Shown: positions 18,303 through 26,347 of the stretch, in pieces
Layout of the letters: every line of letters starts with the position of its first letter
Numbering within the stretch: position 1 is the stretch's first letter
NCBI GenBank assembly: GCA_050733215.1
Contig: JBOHSN010000007.1
Location: forward strand, 3,034 to 67,033
Direction of reading: 5' to 3'
Source: Gemmatimonadales bacterium
GTDB taxonomy: Bacteria; Gemmatimonadota; Gemmatimonadetes; Gemmatimonadales; GWC2-71-9
DNA length: 64,000 bases
Notes under the pieces: generated by a model
The model's input: the letters and a program-made list of their open reading frames with translations, nothing else
Database searches by the model: none
What the model was told of the DNA's origin: nothing
Program-made: the position numbers and the translations under genes

Positions 18303-19016
18303 ATGGCTGTCAAGGTGAATCCGATGAAACTGGGCGGCAATTGGGCAGTGCGCTTTGGTGTTGGGTCGCGCGACGGCCCGAAGTCTGGCGTGTGGCGGAG
18401 GTGGACACCTGCACGCAAGAGCGATGTGTATATCGCGATCCGCTCATACACAGGTATCATGAAGGTCAGCCTACACGAGTCAGGGGAGTGCTTTGTCGCC
18501 CTAACCGAGCAGTTCGCCGAGCGCAATCCCACAGCCCTCGTCGGGAGGTCGCGGCGATTCGATCAGTGGAAGAGGGTCACTCATGCCGGCTCCCAACTGT
18601 GAGTAGGCTTTAGGCTCGCGTTCCCCGGAAACGAGCTGCGCCTGTTCCGTTCTCCAGATGATCAGGACGACAAAGTCAAGTGGATCGATGCTCCCCCGAG
18701 CGACTACTCTGTCGAAGTGGGCTGCATTTTCACTGGTCAGTGCTATTCGAGCGACGAGTGGCCGCTCAGACGGCAAGGTATCCATCTGCTCGACTGGACG
18801 TTGCTACCAAACGGTGAGGTGTTCTGGGTCCTCTTCACAGTGCATCCGACCTTCCGGTTCGTCGAGGCTACAGTGCGTCGGACACAAGAAGAGATGCGGG
18901 GGCCATGCGCCGTTACGATTGGCGATCTGGACTTGGATTCTCCCAGCGCCAGGATCGTAGTCCCTGGCATTGACTCTTCAGGGGTACGCGTGTTCACGGA
19001 TGTCGCTTTTACATAG
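18303..19016 (+). pseudogene. Low-GC orphan ORF (238 codons) interrupted by a single in-frame TGA at 18600-18602
   Basis: Track ORFs 18303..18602 and 18717..19016 are in the same frame, with no other stop between them. No recognisable domain. GC is visibly lower than the surroundings. Confidence 0.5.
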
Positions 19017-19054
19017 CACGATTGCGGGACCCTGACCTGGCTCTGCAGCAGCAA

Positions 19055-19690
19055 TCAGACGGGCCGCTCCGACTTCCGAATCCAAACGGGTTGGTCAGGT
19101 TTCCGCCTCCAGGTGCGCAACTGAGCGGCCGTAAGCTCCCGCACTTCTACCAGCGGTTCGGGGTCGCTCGATGCTCTGCGCAGCAAGGCCGGAACCCAGG
19201 TGCGCTCGGTCAGCTCGAGCCGGCCCGAGCGGAGGGGGCTGAACCAGAGCGACCGGGCCGCCTGATCCGGCGGAGGGTTCACCAGGCAGATCCACGCATA
19301 GCTGCCTGCCTCCAGGTACTGTGTCGCGTTTGACTCGCCGTGCGGGTCGGCCACGCCTGGGCCGCCGAGCCGCTTTGCCCACTCCGGCCGTGGACCGACC
19401 GTGCGGAACGCTTCGCTGTACGCCTGGAGGAAGTCGTCCAATGTCCTGCCGCCCTCGAGCTTGATCAGCTGCGCCATGTGGAACTGTTCGCTGTTGTTCA
19501 CCATGCGGAAGGTGGTGAACCCTGCCGGGATCGTGTCAGGTGCCTCGAACGCGTAATCGATGGCGGTCAAGATGACCACGGTCGGGGCGGCGGCCGCGTT
19601 GGGGTGAGGCGCCTCATTACCCGCCGTGCAGGCGGCGACCAATGCGACGATCGCGATCAGCGGGGCAGGGGTGGTGGAGTGTGCAGACAT
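19055..19690 (-). CDS. Secreted lipoprotein (cupredoxin-like hypothetical) with a chimeric C-terminus
   Basis: Signal/lipobox LIAIVALVAAC. After ...AWICLVNPPPD the ORF runs into the duplicated OYE segment and unrelated sequence, so the native 3' end appears to be lost. Confidence 0.5.
   Translation of the reverse strand: MSAHSTTPAPLIAIVALVAACTAGNEAPHPNAAAAPTVVILTAIDYAFEAPDTIPAGFTTFRMVNNSEQFHMAQLIKLEGGRTLDDFLQAYSEAFRTVGPRPEWAKRLGGPGVADPHGESNATQYLEAGSYAWICLVNPPPDQAARSLWFSPLRSGRLELTERTWVPALLRRASSDPEPLVEVRELTAAQLRTWRRKPDQPVWIRKSERPV
19188..19263. repeat. Direct repeat copy 2 (displaced fragment of the OYE 5' region)
   Basis: 76 nt with 3 mismatches to 14149-14224. Encodes [24 protein letters not shown], as in the OYE N-terminus. 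Confidence 0.9.
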
Positions 19691-19783
19691 GGCGGTCCTC
19701 CTTCAGTGAAGGAGCCCTTATTCTGGGGCGTACAACCTGACACAAAGTGCAACAGCGTGTCATGCCGTGTCGCTTTCATCAGC

Positions 19784-20782
19784 TCACTTTCCGTGGTGCC
19801 TCGCGATCTCGTCCTTGCTGAGCCGGAGAAAGCGAGCAGCGTTGTCGTAGAAGATGTCGCGCTTCTGCTCCTCACTCAGGAACGGCGCCTTCTCGACGAT
19901 CGCGATGGCGGGCTCGATAACCCCCGGCCAGTTCATCTGGTCCGAACCGAACATCACCCGCTTCTCGAACCCGGCATCGATGAGCCTCTCGAGCTGCCCG
20001 TAGAAGTACGCTCGGGGGTAGAACCACTGGATCCCACCGATGTCGACGTACAGCTGGGGGTAGGCTCCGAGCATCGCGATCATCTCGTCGATCAGGGGGG
20101 ACCCGTAGTGCATCACGGAGACGCGCAGCCGGGGATGACGAATCAACACTTCCTCCAGCAGATATGGGCTCGTCAACCGGGCGCGGTACGTCGGAATAAG
20201 GTAGGCCGCTCCGGGCGGCCCCTCGCCCATGTGGATGGCGACCGGCACGTCGAGCGCCTCCGCCAGGGCCCAGTACGGCTCCATCCGTTCGTCGTCGGGT
20301 GCGATCCCAACGTATTGGTTTGACACCTCGCCAAAGATGGCGAAGGGCCCGTCCTTGAACAGGCGACGCAGCGAGTCCGGGGACATCTCGTCACGGCCAA
20401 GCTGAAACTGAATGCTGGGAATGAACCGACCCGGCGCTGGCTTGTACCACCGGCGCACACGTTCTGGCGTGCCGCTCAAGACTCCGATGATATTGCGCCG
20501 CTCTAGAACGGCGATCGTTTGCTCCATGACCGCCTCGTCAGTCATGGGTGACCAGATGGGATCGGAGCACGGAGGATCCTTCGCCACTGCGCTGAAGACG
20601 CCCCTGTTCGGATCCAGAGGGGGAGCATGAGGCAGAAGGGGCACGCACAGACCCAGGGGTGGTGGCCCGTTCCCGTCCGCGGGCGAGGCGTGCAGGTGCA
20701 TCTCGATGATTGGAAGACGCTGCTGCGCGCGTGCGTGAGGCGGCACGAGTAGGAGGGCCAGCCCGAGTACGAGCAGTCTCAT
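19784..20782 (-). CDS. Secreted amidohydrolase-family (amidohydrolase_2-like) metal hydrolase
   Basis: 332 aa. Signal peptide MRLLVLGLALLLVPPHARA. IIEMHLHA metal motif and a C-terminal FGSDQ...FYDNAARFL pattern. Confidence 0.7.
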   Translation of the reverse strand: MRLLVLGLALLLVPPHARAQQRLPIIEMHLHASPADGNGPPPLGLCVPLLPHAPPLDPNRGVFSAVAKDPPCSDPIWSPMTDEAVMEQTIAVLERRNIIGVLSGTPERVRRWYKPAPGRFIPSIQFQLGRDEMSPDSLRRLFKDGPFAIFGEVSNQYVGIAPDDERMEPYWALAEALDVPVAIHMGEGPPGAAYLIPTYRARLTSPYLLEEVLIRHPRLRVSVMHYGSPLIDEMIAMLGAYPQLYVDIGGIQWFYPRAYFYGQLERLIDAGFEKRVMFGSDQMNWPGVIEPAIAIVEKAPFLSEEQKRDIFYDNAARFLRLSKDEIARHHGK

Positions 20783-20991
20783 GATCGTCCCAGCTGTCGA
20801 GTCAGGCCGCGGGGAGAATGGTCAGCGGCATAACGAAATGCAGATCAGCTGCAAGCTCTCAAGCTCGCGCCCGCACAAGTGTACGTTTCATTGACCGCCA
20901 CCGATGAGCCGTGCCCACGCGGAACTCGTCACGGTCCGGCTTGTCAGCTGCAATTGCGGGTTAGACGCCAAGCCGGCGCGATCTGGGCTAA

Positions 20992-21348
20992 TTAGGCAGC
21001 GGTTGGCGACTTGCCCGCCCGGCGCAGCGCCGGGAGCCGCTTGATCTGCCGGATCCGCCGGGCCTCGGGCGAGCGGCTCGCCTGGTAGAGATCCCAGGCC
21101 ATCTGGAGGTTCAGCCAGAACTGGGCCTCCATCCCGAACAGTTGCTCCAGACGGAGCGCCGTGTCCGGCGTGACGCCGCGCTTGCCATGAATCAGTTCGT
21201 TCACCCGGGGATAAGAGACCCCGAGACGCTCGGCCAATTCCCGCTGGGTAAGGGCGAGGGGCTTGAGGAATTCCTCGAGCAGCATCTGCCCGGGGTGTGT
21301 GGGAGGTCGATTGGTGGGAATTCGCACCATGCTAGACCCCTTTGTCAC
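20992..21348 (-). CDS. higA: HigA-family antitoxin (XRE HTH)
   Basis: HPGQMLLEEFLKPLALTQRELAERLGVSYPRVNELIHGKRGVTPDTALRL is a canonical HigA sequence. Confidence 0.9.
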   Translation of the reverse strand: MTKGSSMVRIPTNRPPTHPGQMLLEEFLKPLALTQRELAERLGVSYPRVNELIHGKRGVTPDTALRLEQLFGMEAQFWLNLQMAWDLYQASRSPEARRIRQIKRLPALRRAGKSPTAA

Positions 21349-21350
21349 GC

Positions 21351-21644
21351 TCAGTGGTAATCGGCGATCTCGACATCTGCCGGCCCGGCATCTGTCCAGT
21401 CGAAGCAGATGCGGAGTTGGTCGTTGATCCGGATACTAAACTGTCCGGCTCGGTCTCCCTTCAGGGACTCCAGGCGATTGCCCGGTGGGACTCGAAGCGA
21501 GACCAAGCTCACCGCGGCATTCAGCAGGTCGAGCTTGCGCCGGGCGATTGCCCAGAGACTCGACGGGCACGCACGCCTGGCGGCCTTGGTGTCGCGACCA
21601 TGAAAGACGTCCTCCGTGCCAGCATCGGCAAAGGTGACGATCAC
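21351..21644 (-). CDS. higB: HigB-family toxin (RelE/ParE superfamily)
   Basis: 97 aa. LESLKGDRAGQFSIRINDQLRICFDW motif. Lies immediately upstream of higA. Confidence 0.9.
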   Translation of the reverse strand: MIVTFADAGTEDVFHGRDTKAARRACPSSLWAIARRKLDLLNAAVSLVSLRVPPGNRLESLKGDRAGQFSIRINDQLRICFDWTDAGPADVEIADYH

Positions 21645-21729
21645 CGGCGCCGCGGCGTCCAGGTCATGCCGGGAATATAACGGATAGCGTTACACGTGCT
21701 AGGCCCCGACCCCACGGGTCGGCCTGACG

Positions 21730-22872
21730 TTACTTGAGCAACTCCCCCGCGATGATCAACTGCTGGATCTCCGTCGTCCCCTCGTAAATCCGGAGCGCCC
21801 GTACCGCGCGGTACAGCCGGTCCACCGGGTGAGCGGCCAGCACTCCCCGTCCGCCGATAAGCTGCACCGCGTCGTCCACCGCCCGCTGGGCCATCTCCGT
21901 GGCGAAGGACTTGGCCATGGCCGCTTCACTCGTGATCCGTTCCTGGCCCTGGTCCTTCTCATACGCCGCCCGATAGGTCAAGAGCCGGGCGGCCGTAAGA
22001 TCTGTGGCCATTCGCGCGAGCTTCTGCTGCACCAGTTGGAACTTCGCCAGCGGCGTCCCGAACTGCTCCCGCTGCTTCACGTGGGCCAGCGACTCGGCGA
22101 GCGCGCGCGCGGCCATCCCGCAGGCCGCGGCGGCCACCGTGGGCCTCAACCGGTCGAGGGTCGCGAGGCCGAGCCCGTAGCCGCGTCCCTCGGTGCCCAA
22201 CAGCGCATCGGCCGGAACCCGGCAATCTTCGAACGCGATCTCCCCCAACGGATGCGGGGCACTCAGCACCTGCGGACCTGCGAACCGAAGCCCCGGGCTA
22301 TCAGCCGGTACCAGGAAGCAACTGATTCCCTTGGCACCCTTGGCTCGGTCGGTGGAGGCGAACACGATGTAGAGATCGGCGATGCCCGCGTTGGAGATCA
22401 GGGTCTTGGTCCCATCGAGTACGTATCCCGCTCCGTCGCGCCGCGCGGTGGTGCTGATGCCGGCCACGTCCGACCCTGCCTCGGACTCGGTCATCGCGAA
22501 GGCGGTCATCACCTTTCCCTGGGCGATCGGCCCGAGCCAACGGTCCTTCTGGGCAGGCGAGCCGCCCAACAGAATCGGCGTGGTGCCCAGCCCCTGCAGG
22601 GCGAACACCGCGTCGGCGAGCGGTGACGCTGCTGCGAGCGCCTCGCGCATCAGGCAGCACCCGCGGACATCTAGATCGAGAATCGGCTGGAGCCAGCCCC
22701 CCGCCCCCCCACCGAGCAGCCCAAGCAGGGCCCGCGCCTCCCTCCGGGCGTCGGCGTCTTCGACAGGTTCAGGGCGCTTGGCGATCTCGCCCATCGCGAG
22801 GCCGCTGGCCCGCTCGGCGAGCGCTGTGTGATGCGGTTCGAGAAAGGTGCGGATCAGTCTCGTGTCCGGCAT
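21730..22872 (-). CDS. Acyl-CoA dehydrogenase
   Basis: 380 aa. [24 protein letters not shown] and a [18 protein letters not shown]-terminus. Confidence 0.9.
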   Translation of the reverse strand: MPDTRLIRTFLEPHHTALAERASGLAMGEIAKRPEPVEDADARREARALLGLLGGGAGGWLQPILDLDVRGCCLMREALAAASPLADAVFALQGLGTTPILLGGSPAQKDRWLGPIAQGKVMTAFAMTESEAGSDVAGISTTARRDGAGYVLDGTKTLISNAGIADLYIVFASTDRAKGAKGISCFLVPADSPGLRFAGPQVLSAPHPLGEIAFEDCRVPADALLGTEGRGYGLGLATLDRLRPTVAAAACGMAARALAESLAHVKQREQFGTPLAKFQLVQQKLARMATDLTAARLLTYRAAYEKDQGQERITSEAAMAKSFATEMAQRAVDDAVQLIGGRGVLAAHPVDRLYRAVRALRIYEGTTEIQQLIIAGELLK

Positions 22873-22875
22873 GGC

Positions 22876-23676
22876 CTACTCGAACTTCGGGTCGCGCTTG
22901 GCGCGGAAGGCTTCGTAGGCCTCGCGGAAGTTGGGATTCTGCATGCAGGCGGCCTGGGCCTGGGCCTCCCACTCGATGGCGGAAACCAGATCCATCGCGG
23001 CCTCCTGGTTGAGCGCCTGCTTGGTGACTCCAAGGGCCGCCGACGGTCCTCGCGCCAGTCGGGCGGCGAAGTCGGTCGCCTCTGCCATCAACCGCTCGCC
23101 TGCTACCACCCGATTGTAGAGCCCGATCTCGGCGGCGCGCTCGGCGGTGATGAAATCCCCCAGCATGAGGAGCTCGCTCGCATGCGCCAGGCCGACGATC
23201 CGGGGCAGGAGCCAGGCCGCCCCCATGTCGGCGCCGCTGAGTCCCACCCGCGTAAAGAGAAAGGCTATCTTGGCGCTCTCGGCCGCGATCCGGATGTCGC
23301 TGGCCGCCGCGATGACTGCCCCCGCGCCAGCCACAGTCCCATTGAGCGCCGCCACGACCGGGCGGCGACACTGGCGAATGGAAAGAATGAGATCGCCGGT
23401 GAGACGGGTGAACTCGAGCAACCCCGCGGCATCCCTCGAGAACAGCGCGCCGATGATGTCCTCCACGTCTCCGCCGGTGCAGAAGGCTCGGCCGGTGCCG
23501 GTGATGATGACGGCACGAACGCCGGGCTCGGTGTCGAGCGCGCGGAAGGTGTCCCTGAGCTCGGTGTAGACCTCGAAGGTGAGCGCGTTGAGCCGCTCGG
23601 GCCGGTTGAGCGTAATGGTCGCGACGGCGCTCGCCGGATCAACACTGTAGAGGAACGATCTGGGTTTGAGGAACAT
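22876..23676 (-). CDS. Enoyl-CoA hydratase/isomerase (crotonase family)
   Basis: 266 aa. ITLNRPERLNAL, FCTGGDV, AALNGTVAGAGA. Confidence 0.9.
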   Translation of the reverse strand: MFLKPRSFLYSVDPASAVATITLNRPERLNALTFEVYTELRDTFRALDTEPGVRAVIITGTGRAFCTGGDVEDIIGALFSRDAAGLLEFTRLTGDLILSIRQCRRPVVAALNGTVAGAGAVIAAASDIRIAAESAKIAFLFTRVGLSGADMGAAWLLPRIVGLAHASELLMLGDFITAERAAEIGLYNRVVAGERLMAEATDFAARLARGPSAALGVTKQALNQEAAMDLVSAIEWEAQAQAACMQNPNFREAYEAFRAKRDPKFE

Positions 23677-23740
23677 CAGTGCGCTCGCTCAACGAGATTC
23701 AGCGTTACAGCCTCTCCACAGCCCCCACGACCGTTCCCTT

Positions 23741-23849
23741 TCACCACGGAAGGGCACGGAGAAGGCACGGAGGACCACATTGTCACTGTTTCATTGCGCG
23801 TTCCGTGCTCCCTCCGTGTCCTCCGTGTCCTCCGTGTCTCCGTGGTGAA
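23741..23849. repeat. Inverted arrays of CACGGAG / CTCCGTG short tandem repeats (long imperfect hairpin)
   Basis: Left arm TCACCACGGAAGGGCACGGAGAAGGCACGGAGGACCAC. Right arm TTCCGTGCTCCCTCCGTGTCCTCCGTGTCCTCCGTGTCTCCGTGGTGAA. The outer 11 nt are perfectly complementary. Confidence 0.85.
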
Positions 23850-23897
23850 TTGTCGTGTCTTCAGTGTTCCGTGGCAAACGGGAAGGGTAGTGAGGCG

Positions 23898-24266
23898 TCA
23901 GTGCCCCTTCAGCTCGACCAGCAGCACATGGGTGGATCCGGTTCCTTTGTATTCGCTCGCGTGGGTTTCCGGTTCGTGCCAGGTCGCCTGGCCGCTCTTG
24001 GCCGTCTGCTCGGTCACCTTCCCGTCTGCGGACGTGAACTTGGTCTTGCCCGCGCCCGAGATACTGTAGCTGATGTAGGCGGGATGCGAATGCAGCGGGA
24101 CCTTTACGCCGGCGCTGCTATGAAAGTCGAGCACGCGCACGCGCTCGTTTTCCAGCAGCACAGTGAAGCGGTCCGGGGCCACCTTGACCGGATCTTGCGC
24201 CTGGACCGTGCCCGCCGCGAACAGCAGAACAAGAGCGAGGCTTGACGCTGCTACCCGTGGTGACAT
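23898..24266 (-). CDS. Secreted cupin-domain protein
   Basis: Start at MSPRVAASSLALVLLFAAGTVQA, preceded by GAAGGAGG. Cupin His motif PLHSHPAY. The gene is bracketed by 26-bp perfect direct repeats. Confidence 0.75.
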   Translation of the reverse strand: MSPRVAASSLALVLLFAAGTVQAQDPVKVAPDRFTVLLENERVRVLDFHSSAGVKVPLHSHPAYISYSISGAGKTKFTSADGKVTEQTAKSGQATWHEPETHASEYKGTGSTHVLLVELKGH

Positions 24267-24307
24267 GTTGACCTCCTTCGTTGCGTGTCTAGGTGAACTC
24301 ATGAACA

Positions 24308-24333
24308 CGTGTCCTCCGTGTCTCCGTGGTGAA
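24308..24333. repeat. Second copy of the 26-bp repeat CGTGTCCTCCGTGTCTCCGTGGTGAA
   Basis: Identical to 23824-23849, same orientation, 484 bp apart. Confidence 0.9.
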
Positions 24334-24356
24334 ACTCATGCGCCGAAACTCAAACG

Positions 24357-25538
24357 TCATCTGCCGAGCACCGCGGTCGCTTCGATCTCCACCACCGCCT
24401 CTGGGTCCACCAACGACTTCACCTCCACCAGCGCCATCGCCGGGTAGTGCGTCCCCATCCGGCGCCGGTACACCTCGCCCAACGGCTTGAGGCTGGCGCG
24501 GTACTGCGCCATGTCGGTGACATAGATCGTGAATCGCCCGATGTCCCCCGGCTCGCCGCCGGCCTGGCGGAGCACGACAAGCACGTTGCCCAACGCCCGG
24601 TCGAACTGGCTGACGAAATCAGCGGCCGGCACTCGACCCGAGCCGTCGCGCGCGGTCTGCCCCGCGATGAAGAGCGTCCTGACCCCCGCCGGCGCCAGCA
24701 TCCCGTGGTTCCACCCTCGGGGCGCGCCGAGCTCCTCGGGGTTGACGATCGCGAAGCGGCTGCTCATCGGGTCTCTCCCGTCCAGGACCAGGGTCTCCCC
24801 ATTGGGGGGATCGGTGACAGCAGCGGCCGAGAGCGACACCACCGCCGCCGCCACCTCCGCCGCCGAGATCAGCCGAGTCTGGCCCTCCGAAGCGAGGGCC
24901 GCCGCCAGCGCCTCTTCCCGGGTGCGGCCGGTCTTGGCCACGATCCGGGCCACGGTCTCGGCGGTCATCTCGGTATCCACGAAGCCGGGGCACACCGCGT
25001 TCACCGTGACGCCGGTGCCCGCCACCTCCGCAGCCGCCGACCGGGTGAGACCCACCAGCGCATGCTTGGCCGCGGAGTAGGCCGCGAGATACTTGCCGCC
25101 TCGGAGCCCCGCCGTCGAAGCCACATTGACCACCCTGCCCCACCGCCGCTCGAGCATTCCTGGAAGAAAGGCGCGGGTGCAGAGGAAAGCGCCGGTGGCG
25201 TTGACGGCCATGAGGCGGTTCCACTCGTCGAGCGAGGTCCGGACGACGGGCATCGACGCGGCGGCGCCGGCGTTGTTGACCAGCACCGCAACCGGTCCCA
25301 GCTCGGCGGCTTCGCGGGAGAGGTTCTCCACGCTCGCTTCGCTGGTCACGTCGCAGACCACCGCCTTTGACTCATGCCCCAGCGCCACCAGCTCGGCGGT
25401 CTGCCGCTCGATCTGGTCTCGATTGCGGGCGGCGACCACCACACCGAGACCGGCGTCCGCAAGCGCTCGGGCGGTCGCAGCTCCAATCCCCCGGCCGGCT
25501 CCAGTCACCACCGCCACCCGACCGGCCAGGGGATTCAT
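24357..25538 (-). CDS. Fusion protein: short-chain dehydrogenase/reductase + RidA (YjgF/L-PSP) domain
   Basis: N-terminal VVTGAGRGIGAA...YSAAKHAL. C-terminal ~125 aa (IAGQTARDG...RFTIYVTDM...PAMALVEVKSLV...VEIEATAV) is typical of RidA. Confidence 0.85.
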   Translation of the reverse strand: MNPLAGRVAVVTGAGRGIGAATARALADAGLGVVVAARNRDQIERQTAELVALGHESKAVVCDVTSEASVENLSREAAELGPVAVLVNNAGAAASMPVVRTSLDEWNRLMAVNATGAFLCTRAFLPGMLERRWGRVVNVASTAGLRGGKYLAAYSAAKHALVGLTRSAAAEVAGTGVTVNAVCPGFVDTEMTAETVARIVAKTGRTREEALAAALASEGQTRLISAAEVAAAVVSLSAAAVTDPPNGETLVLDGRDPMSSRFAIVNPEELGAPRGWNHGMLAPAGVRTLFIAGQTARDGSGRVPAADFVSQFDRALGNVLVVLRQAGGEPGDIGRFTIYVTDMAQYRASLKPLGEVYRRRMGTHYPAMALVEVKSLVDPEAVVEIEATAVLGR

Positions 25539-26302
25539 TTCACCTGCCCGGTCCTAGCGCCGAGCTCGGCCTGGACCGCTTCGTCGAGAATCGCGCCGAG
25601 GACTTCGATGGTGGCGCGGCCTTCCTCGGCGGTCGCCTGGGCCGGATGCCCGAAGTAGGCCCGGTCGCCGCCCGCCTCCTCGAAGCTCTGCTTGCCATCC
25701 CGGATGGCACGGAAAAGCGACGCCGGGTTCGGTGGCAGCGCTGCCCTGGTGGCCTCGCGCACCAGCTCCGGGCGTTCGGCCAGCACCATCGAAGTCTCGA
25801 ATTGGCCGGCGTGGCAGGCGCCGCTCTTGAACTCGTCGCTCAGCCGGAGGGCCCACGGCTTGGCGGCGAGGTTGGGAAACGCCACTGCCAGCCCGAGGTT
25901 GCGTCGAATCATGTCTGCGGCCGCTTCCACCGAGGCGAGGTGTCCCGGATCGAGATGCGCGTTGGCGATGGCCAGCACGCCGAATCCATGCCGAGCGAGG
26001 CTGCCGGCGATATCCAGCACCGTCGCAGTGACCGTCTCCGGGCGGAGCGAAACCGTTCCGGCGAAACCCTGCGCAAAAGCCGCCGCGGTGTAGGTCAGAG
26101 GCGGAAGCACTACTACCCTCAAGCCGCGAGCGGCCAGCCGGGCGGCGCCCGCACGCGCCATCGCCTGGGCGATGATCACGTCGGTCTCCAGCGGCAGGTG
26201 CGGACCGTGCGCCTCGATGGCGCCCACCGGCAGGATGGCAACGGATCTCGGGCCGGCGGCGTCCCGTGCCTCCTCCCAGGTCATTGCGGCAAGCGGTTGC
26301 AC
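25535..26302 (-). CDS. Creatininase-family amidohydrolase
   Basis: 255 aa. LPVGAIEAHGPHLPLETD, ANAHLDPGH and GACHAGQFETS motifs. Confidence 0.8.
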   Translation of the reverse strand: MQPLAAMTWEEARDAAGPRSVAILPVGAIEAHGPHLPLETDVIIAQAMARAGAARLAARGLRVVVLPPLTYTAAAFAQGFAGTVSLRPETVTATVLDIAGSLARHGFGVLAIANAHLDPGHLASVEAAADMIRRNLGLAVAFPNLAAKPWALRLSDEFKSGACHAGQFETSMVLAERPELVREATRAALPPNPASLFRAIRDGKQSFEEAGGDRAYFGHPAQATAEEGRATIEVLGAILDEAVQAELGARTGQVK

Positions 26303-26347
26303 GGTTATCGTGTCCTCACCGCTCTGTCCCAGCCGGGGATTTCAGCC

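Noticed and set aside
18600-18602. Selenocysteine or programmed recoding at the in-frame TGA
   Set aside because: There is no obvious SECIS-like hairpin immediately downstream, no redox-motif context (no Cys/Sec-type active site) and no sel genes in the window. A nonsense mutation is the simpler reading. It is kept as a low-probability alternative in the findings.
20840-20960. Two copies of TCAGCTGCAA ~100 nt apart between the amidohydrolase and higA genes
   Set aside because: A 10-nt match containing a common palindromic hexamer (CAGCTG) is compatible with chance. There is no supporting structure or gene context.
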